Below, piece by piece: positions 12,561 through 24,733 of a stretch of 64,000 nt of DNA. Every line of letters starts with the position of its first letter. Positions within the stretch are counted from its first letter, which is position 1. The stretch spans positions 21,216,001 to 21,280,000 of the forward strand of contig CP068257.2 in NCBI GenBank assembly GCA_009914755.4, in the 5' to 3' direction. The stretch comes from the human T2T-CHM13v2.0 reference genome, Homo sapiens. The translations under genes were made by a program, and so were the position numbers. Under the pieces are notes generated by a model, which was given only the letters and a program-made list of their open reading frames with translations, made no database searches and was not told where the DNA came from.

Positions 12561-14644
12561 TATGAGGGTGTTTTTTTCTGTGTAGACAGTTTTAACTTGG
12601 TATCTTTTGCGGGGGCGTCGAGATGGGTGGAGCTTTCTATTTTGCCATTTTGCTCCACCCTGCGTTTCCAGAGTGTTAAGAATGAGTCAGAAACTGTTCT
12701 TAGCCATGACTTGTGTTATCTCATTTATTCTTCATGAGCCATCTGTTAAACTAAATTTGGTGTGAGGATGCCTCCTACTTGAGACCTTATGTAATGAACT
12801 GCAACCTAACTTAGCATTTCAACTGTCTGAGAGCCTAACTAGAGTATACTTTTATAACAAATAGCTGAGGCTCAGCCAATCACAGCAGTCAAGATTCAAT
12901 CAGTCACAGGCAGCCAACTTATCAGACCATGTTCAAATAAGGTAGCTGATGGGCTCTAATCAATGAAGCTGCCTTTAGACCTCATTTTTGTTGTCTGTCC
13001 ATCAATGCTGCCTGCCCACATTGGAGGCCACAGCTCTCTGAAGCTCTTCTCATTCTGAGGGTTGCCTGATTCACCGATCATTCTTTGCTCTGTTAAATTC
13101 TGCTAGATTTAATTTGCCCAGAGTTTTTCTTTTAACACACTTTCTGAGATAGGTGGAGATAACATGATCATCAAACATTATTATCATTTTATTCTCTTTC
13201 CCAAATGAAGACACTGAGTCACAGACAAGAAAAGAACTCAGCCTACTACTAATAGTAAATTTGAAAGTGAGAATTTGAAGCTTGGTAGTCTGGATTGTGA
13301 GCCTGTATAATTAAACCCATGCTTGGCTTATTTAAAGCCACGTAATGTGTGAACTATCATTTATTTAAATTGATACTTCAAGTTTTCAGTGTCTTTTATT
13401 TGAAAACAAAACTGTCATTGTAAACAATTCCAAATCTTGCCATTAGAGAGTATGAATTTTTTTAAGAATTCTATAAGGTAGATATATTTTAAGTTTTTAC
13501 TTCATTTGCACTCCTTAGATTATAATGGAGGTAAATTATCAATGAAATTTCATTGGTAAATTTAATCATTCTTCTGCGAATTCATTTCTGAAGTTTTCAA
13601 ATTTCTCTCATTAGGTTTGTTCTTGTTTTTCTTGCATACCTGAGTTTCCCTTCACTTCTTAAAGGACATGAACACAGCCTCCCAATGCCTTGGTTCTTTC
13701 CCAGAAACACATTTAAATACTTGTTGAGAACAAATAACCACTGAGTATACATAAGACTATCTGTTGCCAACCTTTCTCTATAGTGTCTGAAAATTTTTAT
13801 ACATTATCTTAAGAAACAAAATGGACAGATATAAAGGCAATATAACAGATGAAAATTTAAGTGACCTGAATAAATAAATGATTAGTTATTGCCTGTTCTA
13901 AAAAAATGATAACTCAGTGTCATAAAATTGTAAGTTCCCTTTATTTTATAAATCAAGGCAATAAAAATAAACCATGACGTTTTGAGGAAGGTAGCAGTTA
14001 ACAAGATGATTCTAAAATTTATCTGGTAAAATAGGAGAGTGAGAAATAAATGCAAATATCTATGAGAATTTGGGGGAAGGGAGATTGACAAGGGGTATAG
14101 TTTTACTAGACAATAAAACATAGAATATAGTAATTGAAACATTTATAGTACTAACTGAAGAAAAGATGAGTCAATAAAAATAATAAAAATATCTGAAATA
14201 AATACAAACACGAGATAATTTATTATAAGAGATATGAAATGGATACCAGTAGAAGTTAGTTTTACCATTATGTATGATGTTGGGAAAAGTTATTAGATAT
14301 GTGGAAATAATAATAATAGTGATGACAGTTTTATCACTACTTTTATCATAGTGCTAGATTATACTCACGTTTTACTCAAATTTAGGCATACAAAGGTGTG
14401 GTCTGAGAGGGCATTTCTAATATGCCACAAAATTAGAAATATACATTATTTACGTACATTTGTCTGCATTATAATTAAATATTTCTTTGGTTATAAAAAA
14501 GAAAGTAAACAGTTTAAAAGTGTATCACATCTGACAGATAGAGGCTAACTTAATAAAAAGATTTATAATAGTTAGCAATCAACATAATAACATAATAAAA
14601 AGATTTCTACCTAACGAAAGACAAACACATTAACTTATAATTAT

Positions 14645-14962
14645 TCTTTTTTTGTTTGTTTGTTTTTTGTTTGAGAAGGGGTCTTGCTCTGTCACCCAGG
14701 CTGGAGTGCAGTAGCGCAATCTCACCTCACTGCAACATTTGCCTGCTCGGCCCAAGCAATCCTCTCACCTCAGCCTCCTGAGTAGGTGGAAGCACAGCTG
14801 AGTGCCATCACACCTGGCTATTGTTGTTTTTTTTTGTATTTTTGTTAGAGGTGAGGTTTCATCATGTTGCCCAGGCTTGTCTCAAACTCCTGAACTCAAG
14901 CAATCAACTTGCCTTGGCCTCCCAAATTTCTGGGATTACAGGCATGAGCCACCATGCCCAGC
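14645..14962 (-). mobile_element. Alu SINE, antisense
   Basis: tttttgtttgagaaggggtcttgctctgtcacccaggctggagtgcagtagcgcaatctcacctcactgcaac...ctgggattacaggcatgagccaccatgcccagcc. Confidence 0.9.
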
Positions 14963-17416
14963 CATGAACTAATATTTCATACAAAAGAAATATAAATATC
15001 CAACACATGTATGAAAGCTATTTCTTAATTAAGAACTGCAAATTGAAACCCTAAGAGATCCCAGCATTCATGTATCAGATTATTGTATTAAAATTTTTAT
15101 CAATACCAAATATAGACAAAAGTACATAGAAGGAAATATCTTGTGTATGCTGAAGGTAGTATAAATTTGGTTGTGGATTCCTGGTAGTCCAGAGATGATG
15201 TGAGAGAACAACCTGAATGATAAAAATTTCCACACAGAATGGCGGCAGACCAGTTAGTCCAAGTGGTCTCAGAACAATACCCTTGAGAGAGGACATCTCG
15301 GTGCTACCCTTGGTTGTTGGAGCCCCAGTGAAGTAAGGAAAGTGTCCCTGCTGGGGAGAGAGGCCAGGCTTGGGAGGTGGGGGTGACTCACCCAAGGTTC
15401 CAAAGCCCAAGCCAGGACATGTGAGTTATTTCTTTAAACCACATATCTTGGGAAGGCCCAGGCATCAGTCTTTATGTTTAAAGTCTTTGCCGAAATCCAA
15501 GATTTACATATCAAGATATCCCAAGAATTCTAGTCTCTTGGATTGTGGAGTCCATTATAGAAATCCAACCAGGAAACAAAACCTTAGCTTCAAATTCTTA
15601 ATAATACTCATTTTTCATAGTGGCTCTCTTAGAGCCAGGTTCTCCTCCACTGAACCAGAAAGGAGGAAAAGCACTTTCCTCTGTTTTATGGCTCTGAAGA
15701 GCCACAGCAGTTTTACCTAGGAGGAAAAGGACCCCAGATTCCTAGGTTTTTTGCATGTATCCTACTTTCCATTCACTTTATTTATGTTGGAAAGCAGTGG
15801 TTGATCCAGCACTTGGTAATAGGAACATTTTTTCCCTCTTTTAGTAAACTCATGGTTAATACCTGTCCAAATTATTTTTGCCTCTCTTTCGAAGGTGGGG
15901 GACTCAACAACTATTTTCTTTTCTAGCTTTGGCTTCTGATTAATAATTCTGTCAACTATCCCAAATCCAGAGTAACAGGAAAAGCTTAATCAACATCCCA
16001 TTATATACTAATCTATTGAAGTCTGAAAGAAATAACATAAAATAAGAAAGTTACTATGAGAAGGATTAGATTGTTAATTTCAATATATAGTCCACTATGT
16101 TTTTACCACCATAACCCTTTTTAGTGAGTGCATATTTCATTTATAATTTCAGAAATAGGGAGGAGGAGCAGGGAAAGAAAAAAAAAAGTCTCATTGAATA
16201 AGTATTTTTCTTTCCTTAAAGTAATCTTTGCCTTTACCACAAATCTTTCTCCTTTGAGATTATTTATTTCTAACATTCCTGGAGTGTTAGAAGTATTAGC
16301 AGTGAAAACATTATCCATTAATACTTTAGGGGTAAAAAAAGACAGTGTTTGAGCAAAATGCAGAATACATAGTAAACATGGGGATTTTTGCTGTAGGGAA
16401 CTGTAGTCAAATTTGCTTGTCCCCAGTGGGCCAGTTTGCCAACTTGTGTGTGCTTGAGAGCTAACATTTCCTGTCCTTACCTCTCTGTGCTCCTTAATGC
16501 CTGCCTTGCTTGCTCCTGCATTTGATATCAGCATGCCACTAGATTACTGTCAAACGTTTTCTAGCCAGACATTAGTTTGATGACCTCTCTGCTTTTTTCA
16601 CACTTTGTGTGATTGAACCCAGCTAAAACATGAAATCAACTAACTCTCAGGACAGTACTTTTAACTCATGACTGAAGCCACTCTGCCTATAAAAAAATCT
16701 GTTCCCACCAGGAACAAACATTTTCTTCACCAACTACATTTCCCAGTGATTGTTTGCAATGGTATAAGAACAAAATACAGTTGTATGAGTGGCAGAATTA
16801 TTGCCTTCTTTCATTTCCATTTTGACACTGACAAGAGTATCTGTGATGTACCCTAAATCATAAAGCTCTGCTATACATACATTCATATAAAATGAAACAG
16901 ATTGGGTATTATCAAGACATTGATAAAATGTATATTAAAATTGAAAGCATGTGCTGTTTTGCTACTGGAACACTGAAAAACAAACATTGGACCTGTGTGA
17001 GTTTATAAAAAATAAGCAAAAATTGCACAGAGTTCAATTATTTTTAAAAATAAGAATACTGAAAGATAAGGTTTCCTCAAAGATTAGTGTTATTTACATG
17101 TATCCAATATTTGGAATGCACAGTGTAATACATTTGGCATGGCTATAGTTAGAAACGTGGAGAAAATATTTGCTGTCCATAAACTCTCATTTGGTTAAAT
17201 GGAGAAATACAATATCCTTCTTTATTTGTTGTCCGTGGGTAATTCTTCAGTGCATACAGTTACATAAAAATCCTAAGTTTTTAAAATTGGTTTTGTCTGA
17301 AATTATACATAGGCAATCCTCACTTTGCATGGTTCTGATATTTACAAAATTTACTTACTACTGTTAGTTCATTAAAATCAGTCCCCACAAAACATGGTTG
17401 AAATTTGTCATCAAGG

Positions 17417-17771
17417 TGTATTAATCCATTTTTATACTGCTATAAAAAAACTGCCTGAAACTTGGAAATTTATAAAGAAAAAAGCTTTAATTGACTCATA
17501 GTTCTGCATGGCTAGGGAAGCCTCAGGAAACTTACAATCATGGTGGAAGTCACCTCTTCACAAGGCAGCAAGAGTGAGAATGAGTGCCAAGCGAAGGGGG
17601 AAGCCCCTTATAAAACCATCAGATTTTCTGAGAATTCACTCACTATCATGAGAACAGTATGTGGGAAATGACCCCCTTGATTCAATTATCTCTACCTGGC
17701 CTTGCCCTTGACACACAGGTATTATTACAACTCAGGATGAAATTTGGGTGGACACACAGCCAATCACATCA
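17417..17771 (-). mobile_element. THE1-type LTR (3' LTR in element orientation)
   Basis: See the full-length element entry. Diverged from the other LTR by many substitutions and short indels. Confidence 0.75.
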
Positions 17772-19292
17772 TTCCACCCCTGGCTCCTCCCAAATCTCAT
17801 GTCCTCACATTTCAAAACACAATTATGCCTTCCCGACAGTCCCCTAAAGTCTTAACTCATTCCAGCCTTAAACCAAAAGCCCAAGTCCAAAGTTTCATCT
17901 GAGACAAGGCAAGTCCCTTCTGCCTATGAGCCTGTAAAATCAGAAGAAAGTTAGTTTCTTCCTAGATACAATAGCTATACAGGCATTAGGTAAATATAGA
18001 CTTCCAAATGAGATAAATTGGCCAAAACAAAGGGGCTACAGGCCCCATCCAAGTCCGAAATCCAATAGGGCAGTCATTAAACCTTAAATTTATAAAATGA
18101 TCTCCTTTGACGCCATATCTCACATCCAGGAAACACTTATGCAAGAGGTAGGCTCCCACAACCTTGGGCAGCTCTGCCTTTGTGGCTTTGCAGGGTACAG
18201 CTCCCTTCCCAGCTGCTTTCATGGCTGGCATTGAGTGTTTGCAGCTCTTCCAGGGCACAGTGCAAGCTATCTGTGGATCTACCATTCTGGGGTCTGGAAA
18301 AAGGTTGCCCTCTTCTCATAGCTCCTCTAGCCAATGCTCCAGTAGGGACTCTGTGAGGGAGCTGTCACCCCACATTTCCCTTCCACACTGCCTTAGCAGA
18401 GGATCTCCATGAGGGTTCCACCCCTGCAGCACACCCCTGCCTGGACATCCAGGTGTTTACCATACATCCTCTGAAATCTAGGCAGAGGTTCCCAAACCTC
18501 AATTCTCGTCTTCTACACACACCAGACCAACAACACATGGAAGTTGCCAAGGCTTGGGGCTTGCACCCTCTGAAGCCACAGCCTGAGCTGTAGGTTGGCC
18601 CCTTTTAGCCATGGCTGGAATGGCTGGGATGCAGGACACCAAGTCCCAAGGCTGCACACAGTAATGGGGCCCTGGGGCTGGCCCAGAAAACCGATTTTCT
18701 CTTCTACATCTCAGGGTCTGGGATGGAGGTCTCTGATATGCCCTGGAGACTTTTTCCCCATTGTCTTAGTGATTAGCATTTGGCTCCTTGTTACTTCTGC
18801 CAATTTCTCCAGCCAGCTTGAATTTCTTCCCACAAAACGGGTTTTTCTTTTCTACTGCATTGTCAGCCTGCAAATTTTTCAAACTTTTATTCTCTGTCAC
18901 CTCTTGAATGCTTTTCTGCTTAGAAATTTCTTCCACCAGATACCCTAAATCATCTTTCCCAAATTCAAAGTTCCACAGATCTCTAGGAGAGGGGCAAAAT
19001 ACCACCAGTCTCTTTGCATAGCAAGAGTGACCTTTACTCCAGTTCCCAACAAGTTCCTCATCTCCCTCTGAGACCAACTCATCCTGGATTTCATTGTCCA
19101 TATCACTAACAGCATTTTGGTCAAAGCCATTCAACAAGTCTCTAGGAAGTTCCAAACTTTTCCACATTTTCCTGTCTTCTTCTGAGCCCTCAAAACTGTT
19201 CCAACCTCTGCCTGTTAACCCAGCTCTAAAGTTGCTTCCATATTTTTGGGTATCTTTATAGAAGCACCCCACTCTCTGTGGTACCAATTTAC

Positions 19293-19646
19293 GGTATTAG
19301 TTCATTTTCATATTGCTATAAAGAACTGCCTGAGTATAGGTAATTTATAAAGAAAAGAGGTTTAATTGACTCACAGTTCTGCATGGCTGGGGGGCCTCAG
19401 GAAACTTACAATCATGGCAGAAGGAACCTCTTTACAGGGCGTCAGGAGAGAGAATGAGTGCCGAAGGAAGGGGCAATTCTCTTATAAAACCATCAGATCT
19501 CGTGAGAACTCACTCACTATCATGAGAGCAATATACGGGAAAGGACTCGGGTGATTCAATTATCTTCACGTGGTCCCACCCTTGACAGCTGGGGGTTGTT
19601 ACAATTCCAGATGAGATTTGGGTGGAGACACAGCCAAACCATATCA
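19293..19646 (-). mobile_element. THE1-type LTR (5' LTR in element orientation)
   Basis: ggtattagttcattttcatattgctataaagaactgcctgag...caatatacgggaaaggactcgggtgattcaattatcttcacgtggtcccacccttgacagctgggggttgttacaattccagatgagatttgggtggagacacagccaaaccatatca. Confidence 0.78.
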
Positions 19647-20121
19647 CAAGGTGTATTAACTGTAGTTAATTGTATAAAGTAAAAACTTCACTGCTAGCGC
19701 TTCTGTCCACAAGTCACTCCATAAATAACCTATTCCTCATGATCACTGATGATCAGACACTTCATAGTCTGATGGTGACAGGCCACTGAGGATCTTTTAT
19801 TCAGTTCATTCAAACAGCAAGCATGTAGTTGTGTTGCCTTTATGTCTCCCACTGATACATCCAAGTGACATTTCACAAAAATGCATAATTGGAAGAGGGA
19901 AATGGCCAAAGATAAGAGTTCTGCAAAGTAAAATAAAAATGATAACCCTGGAAGTGAAATTCTCATATAACATAGATAGAAGCACAGAAGAAATATGCCC
20001 ACAGCAGTGTTGGCACTGGTTGTTTGAAAGACTCTAGATAGATAGAAGAACATAGAGAAGATGTACAGCAAATTTTCCTTTGCCTACTCCTCCTTCCCAA
20101 TTCCCAAAATGAAAAAAGTAA

Positions 20122-20449
<328 letters not shown>

Positions 20450-23400
20450 TAGGAAAGTAATTGTTAAAAAAAAAAAAAAAAAAAGATGATGTTTCAATGG
20501 AAATGATGCTAGTCAAAATTTCACATTAAAGGAATTCTCAAAGATATTTTATGACAACAAAATATTGGAAGTTGATCTAACCTTAGAAAGTGGTATGACA
20601 ATTTGCCACAGCATAGAAAATATGCTCCCTCTACATTGTAAGTTATACAGTGAGCAGAGGGCAAAATTTTTCAACTACTCTTTTATAGCTGGTGTTAAAT
20701 GTATTCATGTATATTTAGCCAAGAAATAAAGCCTTAATTCTCCATGTTTTTGACGAGTTTAATCTGTCCAAGACAATAGATTAATATTTGGAATCTTTTC
20801 ACCAAAAGCTATTCAACAGAAGCAAATTTGATCTTGTGTTACTTCCTTGATGGACAGGCAAAGTATGAAATTAAGTATTAAGTAAAAACAGTAAAAATCA
20901 GACACTAAATCAAGTTGAATATAATGACATGAAACTAAATATGGATGTGCAAATAACCTATGGATTTACTTGCAATCTTCCAAAATGATTGCCTTATAAA
21001 TATCAAATTTTATAACTTCGTTTCAACTCTCTGGGGAAATTCTGTTTAATCAGGCAAGTCCATCTCATGTTTTCTTGTTAAAGAAATTTTTTTTCAAAAT
21101 TTTGTGCATATGGCCACTTTTATTTGAAAGTATATAGACAAAGTTAGAGGCCATTCCAAACAGTATTTGTTTTCATTACACAGTTAAAAAAATTTCTTTA
21201 TTTAATAAATAACTTACGAAGTTTAAATAGAGAAGACATCTTGTAAGTTTGCTGGAATGCTTTACCTGATGAACTTTATCAAATGACGAGCATCTACCAT
21301 TGAAAATCACTTAGTTATCTTTTTCAAATATGCTTTCTATTATTCTTCATTAGAACTGAATTGACAAAAACATAAGAGTAATTAATGATAGGTCTCTTAA
21401 GGCTCACAGTTTTCGATGGATTATTTTATGTAGCACCTACTCATAAAGGCATGCAATAACTATTGATTGAATAAATAAATGTTTTTTACTACACTGCAAA
21501 AATTATTGATTAACAGGAAAAAAATGATGATGAGCCCTACTGGATAAAGTATGAAAGCAAAAGCACCCTATCTCAGATGTGGCTTCTACAACAAACCGAG
21601 AAAATAATTTTGGTTTTCTATTATGCCACTTTCAATTCCTGGAAACCACAAAAAAAAAATACAGTATCTTTCTTCTCATTGCACTACTGCAAGTGAAACA
21701 GTACACTTACTAAAGCAACATTTGCCTCTATAACAGACAAGAAGATAGAGTCTATGGAAGGAAAATAAATCCCAGAGCCCCAAACTCACTAAGCCAAAAG
21801 GAAAAGTCAAGCTGGGAATTGCATCATGAAAACCTGCCTTCTGTTTTGCTCCTATATAAGATAGCTACAAAGATAAGAAAGCTATACACCTCCATCACAA
21901 TTTGCCCACCAGGAAATTCCTTGTGGGCCCCAAGTTCTTTACCCTAAAACAGTTCTGTTGAATTTTATTCTGATAGTGTAAATTGATAGCTCATCTTCAC
22001 AGGTGTGGGACAAAGGTCAGAACAAAAAGTCATCCCTCTGCTCACCTCAACCAAACGCATATTATATTGAAGTATCTGCCTTATGTTTATCTTATGTAAA
22101 AATGCAGATTCACTGAGTGCAAGACAAATGCGTAAGTGACTATTCCTCTATCTCCCCTCACATGTAAAATGTGTATTCAGTGAATGCTGATCAAAGACTC
22201 AAAAGAATGCAACCGCTTGCTTCTTATCTACCCACATTTTTTTTTCTTTCTTCCTTTTTCCCCCAGTACAAACTGTTTTCCCTTTAAATATTGAGGTCCT
22301 CAGCCCTTCTTCCAAAAAAGCACAGAACACAGATTTCTCCTGTGGTTCTGTGTTCTTTTTCTGCGTACATCCTTAACCTTGGCAGACTAACCCCTTGAAA
22401 TGATTGAGAGTTGCCTGGGTCATTTTCTATGATTAATAATAAGTCTTTCAAGCTTAGTGAAGTACATGAATAATAAGTAAAAAGAGTAAATTTAGAAAGG
22501 TAGTTTGTAAGGTCAAATGACTACAGAGACTAAAACCTAATCAGTGAGAAATATTTTGTTTCTTAAATCCTTAGCAAATTAACTCCCATTGTTCATAGTA
22601 TGTACTCTGTATAGTGTCAGTCAGGGATACGTAAACCATATAATCATATCTAAGAAGAAAATATTTTGACTTAGATTTGCTTATGTAAACTTCCAGCAAT
22701 AATTTGGATCTTTGACAAATATTGTAATGTTAGTGATGATTAGGTATAAAGGTCATTAGGTGCCCATAAACAATGATGTAAAATAGATGCAAAAATGTTA
22801 AAATTACCAATTGAATTTTCCTACATTAACCTAAGCTGCATTTTTGTTTCTATCCCCTTTGAGATTCTTAATACGAGAAGTGAAGGAGGGGAAGCATTTA
22901 GTTTTGTTGTGTTTGGTAGAACACTAGCACCCTGCATTGTAATGAAATGTCAGTCCTAGAGCTATTTCCACCAGAGAAGTGGCTTCATACTCATTTATAA
23001 TGGCAGCAGGGAACCTGACTGTGGCCATTGAGACAGAATATAACAACAAGATATGCCATCCTGAAAAAACAAGTGTTCCCTACAGAATTTTTAAATAAAA
23101 CATACATTTAATTTCCTTCAGAAAGGGCATTATTTTTATAAACACAGTATCCTACTCTAAAACAATGCAGTCATTCATAAAAAGCCAAAATGTAGGATTC
23201 ACGACATGCTGCCTTATTGGGTTATCCTTGAAAATGTGCAATAGGATACTTGTTAGATATTGCTTCTAGTTAGAGTTTAAATAAATAAACTTTGATATCA
23301 CTTCTGAAATTTCATAGCACATTTATTTTCATAATTTTGTAGATTCTAACTTCACATTCAATGGAACGAAACTGTTTTTGAATAAAACATCTTTGAATTT

Positions 23401-23742
23401 TCTAATTCATGTTGGTTTTGGTCTCTTTGTTTCATTCTCAAAACAACAAATACAAAAAGATAACTGTGGTCTTTGTCAATGTTGTAAGCCTTAAGAGAGT
23501 TCACAAACCTCTTGTGGAAGAAGTCACTGATGACAAAGAAAACTCACTGAAAAATAAAACAGAAAAGCTGAAAGGATGGATTACCAAAATTTTGTTTCAA
23601 AGGATAGAAATTCCCCTTGCTGCCAGCACAATTCCTTGAACTGTTTGGGAATGATCATTGAAAGTATTTTGCATGAAAAAAATGTTCGTTTGTTTGTTTG
23701 TTTGTTTTCAGCAATTGTAGACCCTTTCCACAAAGTGATTTT

Positions 23743-24041
23743 TTATTTTTTTATTTTTGAGATGGAGTTTCATTCTTGTCACCCAGGCTGGAGTGCAATG
23801 GTACGATCTCAGCTTACTGAAATCTCTGCCTCCCAGGTTCAAGTGATTCTCCTGCCTCAGTCTCCTGAGTAGCTGGGATTACAGGTGCCTGCCACCACGC
23901 CTGACTAATTTTTGTACTTTTAGTAGATACGTGGTTTCACCATGTTGGACAGGCTGGTCTCGAACTCCTGACCTCAAGTGATCTGCCCACCTCGGCCTCC
24001 CAAAGTGCTGGGGTTACAGGTGTGGGCCACTGTGCCTAGCC
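23743..24041 (-). mobile_element. Alu SINE, antisense, with a 15-bp TSD
   Basis: tttattttttatttttgagatggagtttcattcttgtcacccaggctggagtgcaatgg...ggggttacaggtgtgggccactgtgcctagcc. TSD cacaaagtgattttt at 23728-23742 and 24042-24056. Confidence 0.92.
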
Positions 24042-24272
24042 CACAAAGTGATTTTTAATTATAGAAGGAAAAAGAGGTTTAGGGTTATTTTTAATATAAA
24101 GAAGAATAAGATAAACAGCAGATTCTATGGCCTGTTTGGCATATCTAGTATTTGTGCAGGTCATCTGTATAGATCAGTTTCCAATGACCTTAAGTCCATC
24201 GTACTTTTGCAGTTTGCTATTTAATACAAGGAATGTTCAAATAATTTTGCAAAGAATGGAAGAGTTTTATTT

Positions 24273-24733
24273 ATTTACTTATTTATTTATTTATTTTTAT
24301 TATACTTTAAGTTTTAGGGTACATGTGTACAACGTGCAGGTTTGTTACATATGTATACATGTGCCATGTTGGTGTGCTGCACCCATTAACTCGTCATTTA
24401 ACATTAGATATATCTCCTAAGGCTATCCCTGCCCCCTCCCCCCACCCCGCAACAAGCCCCGGTGTGTGATGTTCCCCTTCCTGTGTCCATGTGTTCTCAC
24501 TGTTCAATTCCCACCTATGAGTGAGAACATGCCGTGTTTGGTTTTTTGTCCTTGCGATAGTTTGCTGAGAATGATGGTTTTCAGCTTCATCCATGTCCCT
24601 ATAAAGGATATGAACTCATCCTTTTTTATGGCTGCATAGTATTCCATGGTGTATATGTGCCACATTTTCTTAATCCAGTCTATCATTGTTGGACATTTGG
24701 GTTGGTTCCAAGTCTTTGCTATTGTGAATAGTG
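24273..24733 (-). mobile_element. LINE-1 (L1PA-like) 3' end, antisense, severely 5'-truncated, with TSD
   Basis: (TTTA)n tail then tatactttaagttttagggtacatgtgtacaacgtgcaggtttgttacatatgtatacatgtgccatgttggtgtgctgcacccattaactcgtcatt...ccaagtctttgctattgtgaatagtg. TSD ggaagagttt(t)attt at 24258-24272 and 24734-24749. Antisense ORFs 24394-24594 and 24504-24686 are ORF2-tail translations. Confidence 0.9.

Larger units (their letters stand above)
17417..19646 (-). mobile_element. Full-length THE1/MST-type MaLR (ERVL-MaLR) element: LTR - internal - LTR, antisense
   Basis: Two ~355-bp direct repeats (17417-17771 and 19293-19646) both read as the reverse complement of the THE1 LTR (tgtattag...ttaattgactcacagttctgcatggctgggg...cctcaggaaacttacaatcatgg...tcactcactatcatgagaac...ttacaattccagatgagatttgggtggagacacagccaaaccatatca). 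A 5-bp TSD caagg lies at 17412-17416 and 19647-19651. The 1.5-kb internal region carries a 173-aa ORF (18766-19287, minus strand) next to the LTR that is 5' in element orientation. Confidence 0.75.

Noticed and set aside
15075-15720. Overlapping 111-aa (minus strand) and 116-aa (plus strand) ORFs in a moderately GC-richer patch, with a motif gtgactcacccaaggttccaaagc reminiscent of the MIR core read antisense
   Set aside because: No domain-like sequence, start context or splice signals are recognisable. The MIR resemblance is limited to about 25 bp and is too weak to call. A decayed MIR or L2 fragment is the most likely origin.
18766-19287. 173-aa ORF as a candidate host gene
   Set aside because: It lies wholly within the THE1/MaLR internal region, adjacent to the LTR that is 5' in element orientation. 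It is most simply the remnant of the element's own ORF.
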